This document shows positions 10,098 through 18,479 of a DNA stretch of 63,895 nt, piece after piece. Origin of the DNA: Candidatus Omnitrophota bacterium (GTDB lineage Bacteria > Omnitrophota > Gorgyraeia > Duberdicusellales > 4484-171); contig WJJJ01000032.1 in assembly GCA_014729775.1 (NCBI GenBank), positions 1 to 63,895 of the forward strand. The letters run 5' to 3'. Made by a program: the position numbers and the translations under genes. A model generated the notes under the pieces. The model did not search any database. It saw nothing but the letters and a program-made list of their open reading frames with translations, and had not been told where the DNA came from. The first letter of the stretch is position 1. Each line of letters opens with the position of its first letter.

Positions 10098-10649
10098 ATC
10101 CTTGCCGGTGAAAAGGAACGAGCCGAGCGGTTCGTAGACGGGGCCTTCCTTGGTCAGGGTGCTTTGATACAGCACGATCCGGTCGACGGGCACCCGGTAT
10201 GCGGCGTGCAGTTTCTCCAGCGCGGCCTTGAGCAGAGAGAGGTTGCGCCCGCTTTTAAACCTGCCCAGAGTAATGTGGGCGCGGAAGCATTTGTCCCGGG
10301 GCGGACTGACCGTGCGCAGACGGGATTCCAGTGCGTCGGCGAAGCGGGTCAGTTTTTCTGCCTGAGGCGCGTTGAGGATGAATACCCGCGGCCGCCGCGG
10401 CCGGGGAAAAAAACCGAGCTCGGAGAAGACCACGTCGAAGGGAGCGGTCTTGGGGGCGAGTTCCTGCAGCGCGCCGCTGAACGTTTCAATGTGATCCGGA
10501 TCGACCTCTCCCAGGAACTTCACGGTAATGTGGCAGTTCTCCGGCCGCACCCATTTCATATGCAGGTCGAACGGCCGGCATTTTTCCTGTACCGTTTCGA
10601 TCGAACGGATTACCTCCTCGGGAAGCGGAACGGCGATGAACATTCTCAT
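10083..10649 (-). CDS. thpR: RNA 2',3'-cyclic phosphodiesterase (2H phosphoesterase, LigT/ThpR)
   Basis: Two HxT motifs ('HITVKFLG' and 'HITLGRF') in a 188-aa protein. Confidence 0.8.
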   Translation of the reverse strand: MRMFIAVPLPEEVIRSIETVQEKCRPFDLHMKWVRPENCHITVKFLGEVDPDHIETFSGALQELAPKTAPFDVVFSELGFFPRPRRPRVFILNAPQAEKLTRFADALESRLRTVSPPRDKCFRAHITLGRFKSGRNLSLLKAALEKLHAAYRVPVDRIVLYQSTLTKEGPVYEPLGSFLFTGKDSGKE

Positions 10650-11125
10650 TTTTGTCCCTGCCGTATTGCGCGCAGTTCGTCGTCCAACAGAGAGAGTGCG
10701 CGGCGCGCGGCGTACACTCTGACGCGGTTCCTGTTTCCCGTGATGAAGAATTTCTCCGTGCGCAGACGGCGTGCCGTGGAGAGCCCGATGTATCCGGTGC
10801 CCACGTCCCCGGGCCGGGGCGCGTCCGGTCCGGCAAATCCGACCACCGCAATGCCGATGTCAGAATGTAACGTGTGACGGATGCCTTCGGCGAGCCGGCC
10901 GGCAAGCGGCGCGGATACTCCATGAACTCTTCGCACTTCTTCCTCGGGAAGCCCGCAGAGTATGCGCTTTGCCGCCGGGGTGTACACGATCCATCCGCCG
11001 AGAAACACGCGCGAACTGCCCGACGTGCGGGTGAGCAGAGAGGACAGATACCCGGCAGTGCACGATTCCGCGGCGGCTACGGTCAATCCCAGCCGACGAA
11101 GTTGGGGCACGATTTCCATTACCAC
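10646..11125 (-). CDS. pncC: CinA C-terminal domain / nicotinamide-nucleotide amidohydrolase
   Basis: 'AAESCTAGYLSSLLT' and 'GLSTARR...' are typical of the CinA/PncC deamidase domain. 159 aa. Confidence 0.75.
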   Translation of the reverse strand: MVMEIVPQLRRLGLTVAAAESCTAGYLSSLLTRTSGSSRVFLGGWIVYTPAAKRILCGLPEEEVRRVHGVSAPLAGRLAEGIRHTLHSDIGIAVVGFAGPDAPRPGDVGTGYIGLSTARRLRTEKFFITGNRNRVRVYAARRALSLLDDELRAIRQGQK

Positions 11126-11156
11126 ATTATAACACGCGCTGCAAGAGCTTGCACAA

Positions 11157-11170
11157 GAATCATTATCATC
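11157..11170. promoter_or_regulatory. Fur-box-like half site upstream of the Fur-family gene
   Basis: 'GAATCATTATCATC' contains an exact match to the 3' half (AATCATTATC) of the classical 19-bp Fur box. The full 19-mer matches only about 12/19. Confidence 0.35.
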
Positions 11171-11182
11171 TAAAAATAAGTA

Positions 11183-11211
11183 TTGACAAGTGCCGCGAGA
11201 GTGTTACCATA
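11183..11211 (+). promoter_or_regulatory. candidate sigma70-type promoter of the Fur-family gene
   Basis: TTGACA (11183-11188), 16-17 nt spacer, then TACCAT/ACCATA. The ATG at 11219 lies only 8-9 nt after the -10, so the mRNA may be leaderless. Confidence 0.35.
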
Positions 11212-11218
11212 GGGTTTC

Positions 11219-11635
11219 ATGGAGAGGATAATCGAGTTGTTCAAAGAGAGGAATATCCGGGTCACTCCGCAGAGGGTAGGTGTCATGCAGACGTTGTATC
11301 CTTCGCAGGAGCATTTGACGGTGGAGGGGATCCACGCCAAGGTGAAACCGCAGTTCCCGAATATTTCCCTGGCGACGGTATATACGATACTGGAATTGTT
11401 CAAAGAAAAAAAACTGGTGCGTGAAATCCGGGTGCGTTTCGACCGTTCATTATACGAAAGCCGGGTTGATCCGCATCATCATTTTCATTGTACGCAGTGC
11501 GGCCAGACCTATGATGTGGATATCGATCTTTGTCCCACGCTGAAAAAACAGCGCATTGACGGTCATTCGATCAATGATTTCCACGGATATTTTTACGGGA
11601 TATGCCGCAGCTGCCGAAAGGAGAAACAATGTTAA
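11219..11635 (+). CDS. Fur/PerR-family metalloregulator
   Basis: 138 aa. wHTH 'RVTPQRVGVMQTL', metal ligands 'HHHFHCTQCG' and C-terminal 'CRSC'. Heads an iron/peroxide-stress cluster. Confidence 0.8.
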   Translation: MERIIELFKERNIRVTPQRVGVMQTLYPSQEHLTVEGIHAKVKPQFPNISLATVYTILELFKEKKLVREIRVRFDRSLYESRVDPHHHFHCTQCGQTYDVDIDLCPTLKKQRIDGHSINDFHGYFYGICRSCRKEKQC

Positions 11636-12351
11636 GTCTGGAAAATCTCGCGGTCGCGGTGGAGGGGACCACGATTCTTAAAGAGATCAATCTCAAGATC
11701 TCCGCGGGAGAGGTGGTCATCTTGTTCGGCCCGAACGGAAGCGGAAAGTCGACCCTGCTGAAGGCGATCCTGGGTTTGAGCGGTTATGAAACGGCGCGGG
11801 GGAATATCCTGTTTCGCGGCGAGCCGCTCAACTCTCTTCCGACAGAAGAGCGGGTCCGGAAAGGGATCGGAATGATGTTCCAGCACCCGCCGACCATACG
11901 CGGCGTCCGTCTTCACCAGCTCGCGCGCTACCTGGAAAAAGATACCCGGGTGATCGAACGCTTATCGGAAAAACTTTCGTTATCGGCGCATTTGCAGAGG
12001 GATCTGAACGCGGGATTTTCCGGCGGAGAGATGAAACGTTCCGAATTATTCCAGTTAATGCTCCAGGAGCCGGATTTACTGCTGTTGGACGAGCCCGAAT
12101 CCGGAGTAGACATGGAAAATATTTCACTGATGGGGAAAGTTTTGGGTGAATACCTGCGCCGCGAGAATAAAGCCGCGCTGATCATTACCCATACCGGATA
12201 CATTCTGGAGCATATCAGAGCCGACCGTGGCTGTGTGCTGCACAGCGGTGAATTCGGCTGTATGGGGAACCCCAAGAAGATTTTTGAAACGATTCGTACT
12301 TCCGGATACGAAAAATGTAAGGAGTGTCATGTCCAAGGAAGACCTGAATAA
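11629..12351 (+). CDS. sufC: Fe-S cluster assembly ATPase SufC
   Basis: ABC ATPase with Walker A 'GPNGSGKST', signature 'FSGGEMKR' and Walker B 'LLLLDEPESG'. The ATG at 11629 overlaps the stop of the upstream gene. Confidence 0.85.
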   Translation: MLSLENLAVAVEGTTILKEINLKISAGEVVILFGPNGSGKSTLLKAILGLSGYETARGNILFRGEPLNSLPTEERVRKGIGMMFQHPPTIRGVRLHQLARYLEKDTRVIERLSEKLSLSAHLQRDLNAGFSGGEMKRSELFQLMLQEPDLLLLDEPESGVDMENISLMGKVLGEYLRRENKAALIITHTGYILEHIRADRGCVLHSGEFGCMGNPKKIFETIRTSGYEKCKECHVQGRPE

Positions 12352-13432
12352 ACACATATCCGAATCGGACCGGGAAAAGATCAGTTCTTCCGGCATGGAT
12401 TTTTCGGAAAAAACCCGTTCCGGATCGTTCTTGCAGGAAGACGCCAAGGTGCTGTTTTCGCGGGCGCTCTCGGAATCGATGGATATCCTGAGTCTGGAGG
12501 ACGCGCGCCGGACGTTCCCGCGATTCGCCGATTATTGGGGAAAAGCGTTCCAGCGCGCCGGCAAGGAGTTCCCTCCGGATACGGAGGGGGGATATTTTAT
12601 CCGCGTGAAAAAGGGACAGACCGTCGAACTGCCGATCCAGGCCTGTTTGTTCCTCAAGGCACAAAAATTCCGGCAGAAAGTGCACAACATAATCATCGTG
12701 GAAGAGGATGCCAAGGTATATCTGATCACCGGGTGCAGCGCGTCCAAAGCGTCGAAAGAAAGTTTTCATCTGGGCCTGTCGGAATTCTTCGTGGAGAAAG
12801 GCGGGTATCTCAATTTCACCATGATCCATTCCTGGCGGGAAGACGTGTCGGTTAAGCCGATGAGCGTTGCGGTAGTGGAAGAAGGGGGGAGTTTTGTCTC
12901 GAATTACGTGTGCCTGCGGCCGGTCAAAGAGATCGTGATGTACCCCACCGCTTTGCTCGAAGGGGAAGGTGCCCGGGCCAGTTTCAATTCGCTGATCCTC
13001 TCGCACCCGGGAACTCTGCAGGATATCGGTTCCCGGGTGATCCTGAACGCGAAAAATACGCAGGCCGAGATCGTTTCCCGCGCGGTGAGTACCGGAGGCA
13101 AAACGGTCGCACGCGGCCATCTGCAGGCGAACGCCGGAGAGGTGAAAGCTCATCTGGAGTGCCGCGGGCTGATGTTGTCTCCCCGGGGAGTGATCCAGGC
13201 CATTCCCGAGCTGGAAACCTCCTACCGGGACGTGGATATGTCGCATGAAGCGGCGATCGGGAAAATCAGTAAAGACGAAATCGAATATCTGTGCGCCCGG
13301 GGGCTTTCCGAAGACGAAGCGCAGTCGATCATTATCCGAGGCTTCATGGACGTGAATATTCTCGCGCTTCCTCCGGCGGTGAAAAGCGAAGTGGCGCAGC
13401 TGGAAGAGAAAACACTCTACGAAGGGTTTTAG
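12329..13432 (+). CDS. SufB/SufD-family Fe-S assembly scaffold
   Basis: The C-terminal beta-helix region ('...HLECRGLMLSPRGVIQAIPELE...DVDMSHEAAIGKISKDEIEYLCARGLSEDEAQSIIIRGF') is characteristic of SufB/D. ATG at 12329 is preceded by AAGGAG. The short 367-aa form is typical of minimal SufCB systems. Confidence 0.8.
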   Translation: MSKEDLNKHISESDREKISSSGMDFSEKTRSGSFLQEDAKVLFSRALSESMDILSLEDARRTFPRFADYWGKAFQRAGKEFPPDTEGGYFIRVKKGQTVELPIQACLFLKAQKFRQKVHNIIIVEEDAKVYLITGCSASKASKESFHLGLSEFFVEKGGYLNFTMIHSWREDVSVKPMSVAVVEEGGSFVSNYVCLRPVKEIVMYPTALLEGEGARASFNSLILSHPGTLQDIGSRVILNAKNTQAEIVSRAVSTGGKTVARGHLQANAGEVKAHLECRGLMLSPRGVIQAIPELETSYRDVDMSHEAAIGKISKDEIEYLCARGLSEDEAQSIIIRGFMDVNILALPPAVKSEVAQLEEKTLYEGF

Positions 13433-13434
13433 CG

Positions 13435-14145
13435 ATGAAACGGAAATGCAGGTTTACCGAACGGATTCCCAGAACTCCGCAGGTGACCAGTTTTCGTTTT
13501 GAGCCCCTTGAAGGACGCTTTGAGTATAAGCCGGGACAGTTCGCGACGGTCATGTTCGACCCGGAGCATCCGCGTAACCGTGAACTTAATAAATACCTCT
13601 CCTTTTCCTGCGCGGCGGTTCACCCGTACGTCGAAGTAACAAAAAAAATGAGCGGCAGCGCCTTTTCCCGGAGTTTGTCGGAATTGAGACCGGGAGACAG
13701 CGTGTGGTTTGAAGGTCCGCGCGGGCGGTGCGTGTTCGAGGATTCAATGAGCAAGACGAGTTTTTTGATCGGAGGAATAGGCATTACCCCGGTGATTTCG
13801 GTCATCGAACACGTAATTCATCACCGTCTTTCGTGCGAGTTGAAATTGTTTTATTCGAACCGGACCGAACGGGACATCGCGTTTAAAGCGGAGCTGGACA
13901 GGTGGAGCGACCGTGCCGATCAGCTGAGGGTGTTTCATACCCTGACCGACTGTGCCTCTTCGCCAGGGTACTGCCGGGAGGGAAGGATCGGTCAGGGATG
14001 GATTCGGGAATACGCTCCGGACATCGAAGACCATACGGTGTTCCTTTTCGGCCCGCCGGCAATGGTATCGGCGATGGAGGGGCTTTGCCGGGAACTCGGC
14101 TGCCCGCCGGACAAAATAAAGAAAGAGAATTTCACCGGATACTAG
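13435..14145 (+). CDS. FAD/NAD(P)-binding oxidoreductase (ferredoxin-NADP reductase-like)
   Basis: The beta-barrel FAD domain has an RxYS-type motif ('NKYLSFS') and the NAD-binding motif 'LIGGIGITP'. 236 aa from the ATG at 13435. Confidence 0.65.
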   Translation: MKRKCRFTERIPRTPQVTSFRFEPLEGRFEYKPGQFATVMFDPEHPRNRELNKYLSFSCAAVHPYVEVTKKMSGSAFSRSLSELRPGDSVWFEGPRGRCVFEDSMSKTSFLIGGIGITPVISVIEHVIHHRLSCELKLFYSNRTERDIAFKAELDRWSDRADQLRVFHTLTDCASSPGYCREGRIGQGWIREYAPDIEDHTVFLFGPPAMVSAMEGLCRELGCPPDKIKKENFTGY

Positions 14146-14243
14146 AGAGGGAAACGCTTGATCTTTGATCCCGGATATGCAGGGGATTGACCGCCGGGGA
14201 TCGAGGATCCAGAATCAAGGACCAATAAAAAGGAGGAGGAACA

Positions 14244-14747
14244 ATGCACGAGATGACTAAGCAGAATCTGGAGACCGCATTTGCCGGGGAATCGCAGGCG
14301 CACATGAAGTATCGTATTTTTGCCGATATGGCGCAGAGAGAAGGAAAAAAGAATATCGCCCGGCTGTTTGCGGCGGTTTCGTACGCAGAACAGGTGCACG
14401 CGCAAAATCATCTGCGCGCGCTGGGAAAATTGGGCAAGACCGGGGAGAATCTGCAGTCGGCGCTTGCCGGGGAAACGTTTGAGATCAGCGAGATGTATCC
14501 CGTATATCACGCCGTGGCTGAGATGCAGGGAGAAAAGGAAGCGCAGAAAGCCGCCCATTACGCCCTGGAGGCGGAAAAGATCCATGCCGCGATGTATAAA
14601 TCCGCGGGTGAAGCGGCGGCAGCCGGAAAAGATATCGAGCTCCAGGAAGTCGGGATCTGTCCGGTATGCGGCTACACGGTGGAAGGTGAAGTGCCGGAAT
14701 TCTGCCCGGTATGCGGGGCCAAAGGAACGACATTCAAAACGTTTTAA
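14244..14747 (+). CDS. rbr: rubrerythrin
   Basis: The di-iron four-helix bundle shows ExxH pairs ('[10 protein letters not shown]', '[10 protein letters not shown]', '[12 protein letters not shown]', '[12 protein letters not shown]'). The C-terminal rubredoxin has 'CPVCG...CPVCG'. Confidence 0.9.
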   Translation: MHEMTKQNLETAFAGESQAHMKYRIFADMAQREGKKNIARLFAAVSYAEQVHAQNHLRALGKLGKTGENLQSALAGETFEISEMYPVYHAVAEMQGEKEAQKAAHYALEAEKIHAAMYKSAGEAAAAGKDIELQEVGICPVCGYTVEGEVPEFCPVCGAKGTTFKTF

Positions 14748-14763
14748 CCAAAAGGAGGATAGG

Positions 14764-14985
14764 ATGAGAGAAAAAGTAGAACAGGTATTGGAAAAACTGC
14801 GGCCCCGCCTGCAGGCCGACGGCGGCGACATCGAGCTTGTCGACGTCAGTTCCGACGGAGTGGTGGAGGTTCGTCTTACCGGTGCCTGTGGGAGTTGTCC
14901 GATGAGCACGTACACGCTTAAACTGGGCGTGGAGCAGCAGTTGAAAGCGGAAATACCGGAAGTGAAAGAAGTAAAACAGGTCTAG
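14764..14985 (+). CDS. NifU C-terminal-domain (Nfu-type) Fe-S carrier
   Basis: 73 aa with '[13 protein letters not shown]...[13 protein letters not shown]' (the CxxC of the Nfu domain). ATG at 14764 is preceded by AGGAGGA. Confidence 0.8.
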   Translation: MREKVEQVLEKLRPRLQADGGDIELVDVSSDGVVEVRLTGACGSCPMSTYTLKLGVEQQLKAEIPEVKEVKQV

Positions 14986-15008
14986 CGTAAATTTCAAGGA
15001 GGAAAAGA

Positions 15009-15497
15009 ATGGAAAAAGAACTAGTTGAGGCGTTCAATGAGCAAATAAAGAACGAGCTTTATTCTGCCTATCTGTATCTCGCGATGGCCGCGTGGGCTGA
15101 ATCGGAAAATTTCCCGGGAACCGCTCACTGGTTGAAAGAGCAGGCAAAAGAAGAGGTCGAGCATGCGATGAAGATGTTCGATTTTCTCAACGACCGGGGA
15201 GAGAAGGTTCTTCTGCACGCGATCGACCGGCCCGGGCAGGATTTTTCTTCGGTGGAAGACGTGTTTGAAAATACGCTGGCGCACGAACAAAAAGTCACGG
15301 GGCTGATCCACCGTCTCTACGAACTGGCGGGGAAACACAATGATCACGCTGCGGAGATTTTCCTGCAATGGTTCGTGAGCGAGCAGGTTGAGGAAGAAGC
15401 AACGGCATCTTCGATACTGGAGACGGTCAGACAAGTGAAACCCGGCTCAGGCGCGCTGATCGTGCTGGACCGCCAGCTCGGCCAGCGCAAAAGTTAA
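15009..15497 (+). CDS. ftn: non-haem ferritin
   Basis: 162 aa. 'NEQIKNELYSAYLYLAMAAW' and 'EEVEHAMKMFDFL' are ferroxidase-centre helices. Confidence 0.85.
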   Translation: MEKELVEAFNEQIKNELYSAYLYLAMAAWAESENFPGTAHWLKEQAKEEVEHAMKMFDFLNDRGEKVLLHAIDRPGQDFSSVEDVFENTLAHEQKVTGLIHRLYELAGKHNDHAAEIFLQWFVSEQVEEEATASSILETVRQVKPGSGALIVLDRQLGQRKS

Positions 15498-15510
15498 ACG
15501 AGGAGAAAAG

Positions 15511-15642
15511 ATGGAACAAAAGAAGAAGAGAGAACAGACCTACGTGTGCGTAGTCTGCAAAAAAGAAAAAAAGGGCGAGCGGTCCGAGCAGTGCTGCGGC
15601 AAAGAAATGATGGCCAAAGAGAAAGGGAACTGGAATAGTTGA
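15511..15642 (+). CDS. desulforedoxin-like small Cys4 protein (43 aa, absent from the ORF track)
   Basis: The peptide is MEQKKKREQTYVCVVCKKEKKGERSEQCCGKEMMAKEKGNWNS. The pattern Y-x-C-x-x-C...C-C-G-x-E-M matches the desulforedoxin / Dfx N-domain signature. AGGAG lies 6 nt upstream, and the gene follows ferritin by 13 nt. Confidence 0.5.
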   Translation: MEQKKKREQTYVCVVCKKEKKGERSEQCCGKEMMAKEKGNWNS

Positions 15643-15742
15643 ACGGCATAGATCCTGGATCCTTGATCCCGGATACCGGAAAGAAAGAGGGAAGACGGGA
15701 GAAATACGAAGCAAGAGAGAAGAGGCGCGAGGGAAATTCCGA

Positions 15743-15771
15743 TTGACAGCGGAATAGGGCGGTGATAGAAT
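15743..15771 (+). promoter_or_regulatory. strong sigma70-type promoter of the DUF4912/GH57 operon
   Basis: TTGACA (15743-15748), 17 nt spacer, TAGAAT (15766-15771), with an extended -10 TG at 15763-15764. An SD-like GGGGAAG precedes the ATG at 15792. Confidence 0.55.
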
Positions 15772-15791
15772 TTGCTGTGCGTGGGGAAGAA

Positions 15792-16835
15792 ATGAAAAAA
15801 ACATCTGCCAAACCAAAGTCCGGAAAAAAGAAAGCTTCTCGTGCCGGACGTGTTCCCCGTGCAAAAAAAACCTCGCGTCGGACCCCTCGGATGTCCCGGA
15901 AAGCCCCTTCCGCGAAAGGAAAAAAGATCGTAAAAGGTTCCCTTTCGGTTGCTGCCGAACAGGAACACGTAGAGGAAACGAAATTCGACACGGCAACTAT
16001 GCCGCCGCGTGCCGCTGCCGTTCAGGAAAGCGGCAGCTACCCTCTGCCTCAGCGGTACCACGATGATCGCATGGTGTTGGTGTGCCGTGATCCCTGGTGG
16101 CTTTACGTATACTGGGATCCGTCCCGGGAAAAGATCAATTCCGTCATTTCTTCCATCCCGCAAAAATCACGGGAAGGAGTACGCTGGGTGCTTCGGGTGT
16201 ATGAAGTACGCGGCGGAGCGGACTTTTCCGTGCGTGACGCAGAGCGGTTTTTCGATCTGGAAATACAGTTCGAATCCGGGAATTGGTATATCAATGCCGG
16301 AGCGCCGGAGAAAAATTGGTGCGTCGAACTGGGGTTGAAGACCCGGGAAGGGAAGTTTTTCCCCGTTCTTCGGTCCAACCAGGTGAAGACCCCCTCCTAC
16401 GGAGTATCCCCGGAGATCGACGAAGAATGGGCACTGCCCGAAGAAGACTATTTAAAAGTGCTGGGGGGAGGATATGATGTCGTCGACATGGGGAAAAGTT
16501 CTCTCCAGCGGCAGGAACAAATCGCGGAATATCTCAGCCGGATGGTGTCGTCGCCGCTTGCTTCATGGGGGATCAGCAGTCCCTCGGGACGGGGCAGAGC
16601 GCCGGAAGAAAGTTTCTATCTGGAAGTAGGCACGGAACTTATTCTTTACGGCCGGACGGAGCACGATGCGGAAGTGACGGTGGACGGGAAGAACGTGAAG
16701 CTCCGGCCGGACGGTACGTTTACTCTTCGCTACGCGCTTCCGGAAGGGGACTTTAAATTTCCGGTCGTGGCGGTTTCAAAAAACAGGAAGCATCGCCGCG
16801 CCGAGACTCCCGCCGTAAGCCGGTATAAAAAATAA
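15792..16835 (+). CDS. DUF4912 domain protein with Lys/Arg-rich N-terminal tail
   Basis: 'RMVLVCRDPWWLYVYWD' is the DUF4912 hallmark and this family commonly neighbours GH57 enzymes. The first ~55 residues are about 45% K/R. Confidence 0.7.
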   Translation: MKKTSAKPKSGKKKASRAGRVPRAKKTSRRTPRMSRKAPSAKGKKIVKGSLSVAAEQEHVEETKFDTATMPPRAAAVQESGSYPLPQRYHDDRMVLVCRDPWWLYVYWDPSREKINSVISSIPQKSREGVRWVLRVYEVRGGADFSVRDAERFFDLEIQFESGNWYINAGAPEKNWCVELGLKTREGKFFPVLRSNQVKTPSYGVSPEIDEEWALPEEDYLKVLGGGYDVVDMGKSSLQRQEQIAEYLSRMVSSPLASWGISSPSGRGRAPEESFYLEVGTELILYGRTEHDAEVTVDGKNVKLRPDGTFTLRYALPEGDFKFPVVAVSKNRKHRRAETPAVSRYKK

Positions 16836-16857
16836 CAGGAATATTCTGGATTACGCG

Positions 16858-18441
16858 ATGGAAAAAGGATACATTTCATTTATCTTGCATGCGCATTTAC
16901 CGTTCGTCCGCCATCCCGAATACGAAGAGTTTCTGGAAGAACGGTGGCTTTTTGAGGCAATTACCGAAACCTATATTCCGCTTTTGGAAATGCTGGACGG
17001 CTTGCGGCGGGACAGCGTAGGGTACGCACTGACGCTTAATTTATCTCCCTCGTTGTGCAACATGCTGGGCGATGAACTCCTTCGCGACCGCTATGTGGTC
17101 CACCTCGATAAAACTCTGGAGTTGTGCGAAAAGGAAGTCGAACGGACCCGGTTCGATACGCGGTTCCATGCCGTGGCGTTGATGTACTATCATCGGTTCC
17201 GCCGCTCCAAAGAGCTCTTTCTCAACAGGTACCGGCGCGATATTCCGGAGCAGTTCAGAAAGCACCAGGAGAGCGGCAATCTGGAGATCATCACCTGTGC
17301 GGCCACGCACGGTTTTCTGCCGTTGATGGAGGTACATCCGGAAGCGGTACAGGCGCAGATTCGTGCCGGAGTTGATTCATACCGGAGATTTTTCGGGCGG
17401 GATCCCCGGGGGATCTGGATACCGGAATGCGCATATTTCGAAGGGCTGGACAAATATCTCAAAAAAGAAGGGCTTAAGTATTTTATTACCGAAACTCACG
17501 GGGTATTGTTCGCCCGTCCCCGGCCGAAGTTCGGGGTATATTCCGGTTATTATACCCCGAATCATGTTGCGGTCTTCGGTCGCGACGCGGAATCGTCAAA
17601 AAGCGTATGGTCTTCGATCGAGGGGTATCCCGGGGATTATCATTATCGGGAATATTACCGGGACGTTGGTTTTGATTTGGATTATGAGTACGTGAAACCG
17701 TATATCTCTTCCTGCGGGACGAGGATCTTCACCGGTTTGAAATATTACCGGATTACGGGGCAAACCCCGCACAAAGAACCCTATCAGCCGGAACGCGCAC
17801 TGGAAACCGCGGCGAGTCACGCCGGGAATTTTATGTTTAACCGTCAGCATCAGGTTACTCACCTGGAGCAGGCGATGGGACGCAAGCCGATTATCCTCTG
17901 TCCTTATGACGCGGAACTGTTCGGGCACTGGTGGTTTGAAGGAGTGCAGTGGCTGGATTTTCTGTTCCGGAAGATATGGCATGATCAGGATACCGTGCGG
18001 CTCGCCACGCCCGTGCAGTATCTTAAGCAGTATCCCAGGAATCAAGTCATTGAACCCGCGGCATCGAGCTGGGGATGGAAAGGGTACTACGAGGTCTGGC
18101 TTAACGGTTCCAACGACTGGATTTATCCCCATTTACACAAAGCGCAGGAGCGGATGATCGAGACCGTTCGTCAGTACCGGGGTGCCGGTGATGTCCGTGC
18201 CCGGATTTTGAATCAAATGGGCCGTGAACTTTTACTGGCGCAGTCCAGCGACTGGGCGTTCATGATGAAGACCGGGCATTTCACCGAGTATGCGCGCAAG
18301 CGCACGGTCACCCATCTGGAGCGGTTCGATCTTCTCCGGACATTTTTAGAAAGCGAATCTGTGAATGTCGAAAGGCTCCGGGAAATTGAACAAAGGGACA
18401 ACATATTCCCTGAGCTTACGTATTCAGTTTTTCAGCCTTAA
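16858..18441 (+). CDS. GH57-family 1,4-alpha-glucan branching enzyme
   Basis: 527 aa. 'ISFILHAHLPFVRHPEYEEFLEERWLFEAITETYIPLL', 'CPYDAELFGHWWFEG' and the C-terminal helical domain match GH57 branching enzymes. Confidence 0.8.
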   Translation: MEKGYISFILHAHLPFVRHPEYEEFLEERWLFEAITETYIPLLEMLDGLRRDSVGYALTLNLSPSLCNMLGDELLRDRYVVHLDKTLELCEKEVERTRFDTRFHAVALMYYHRFRRSKELFLNRYRRDIPEQFRKHQESGNLEIITCAATHGFLPLMEVHPEAVQAQIRAGVDSYRRFFGRDPRGIWIPECAYFEGLDKYLKKEGLKYFITETHGVLFARPRPKFGVYSGYYTPNHVAVFGRDAESSKSVWSSIEGYPGDYHYREYYRDVGFDLDYEYVKPYISSCGTRIFTGLKYYRITGQTPHKEPYQPERALETAASHAGNFMFNRQHQVTHLEQAMGRKPIILCPYDAELFGHWWFEGVQWLDFLFRKIWHDQDTVRLATPVQYLKQYPRNQVIEPAASSWGWKGYYEVWLNGSNDWIYPHLHKAQERMIETVRQYRGAGDVRARILNQMGRELLLAQSSDWAFMMKTGHFTEYARKRTVTHLERFDLLRTFLESESVNVERLREIEQRDNIFPELTYSVFQP

Positions 18442-18479
18442 CCGGGCGGAAAATCATTTTCCGTTCAGCTGCACTATTC

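Noticed and set aside
14320-14763. N-terminal 148 codons of ORF 14320-14985, which overlap rubrerythrin in another frame.
   Set aside because: Only the C-terminal 73 aa (from ATG 14764, preceded by an SD) have Nfu-domain similarity. The upstream part is an Arg-rich alternative frame of rbr.
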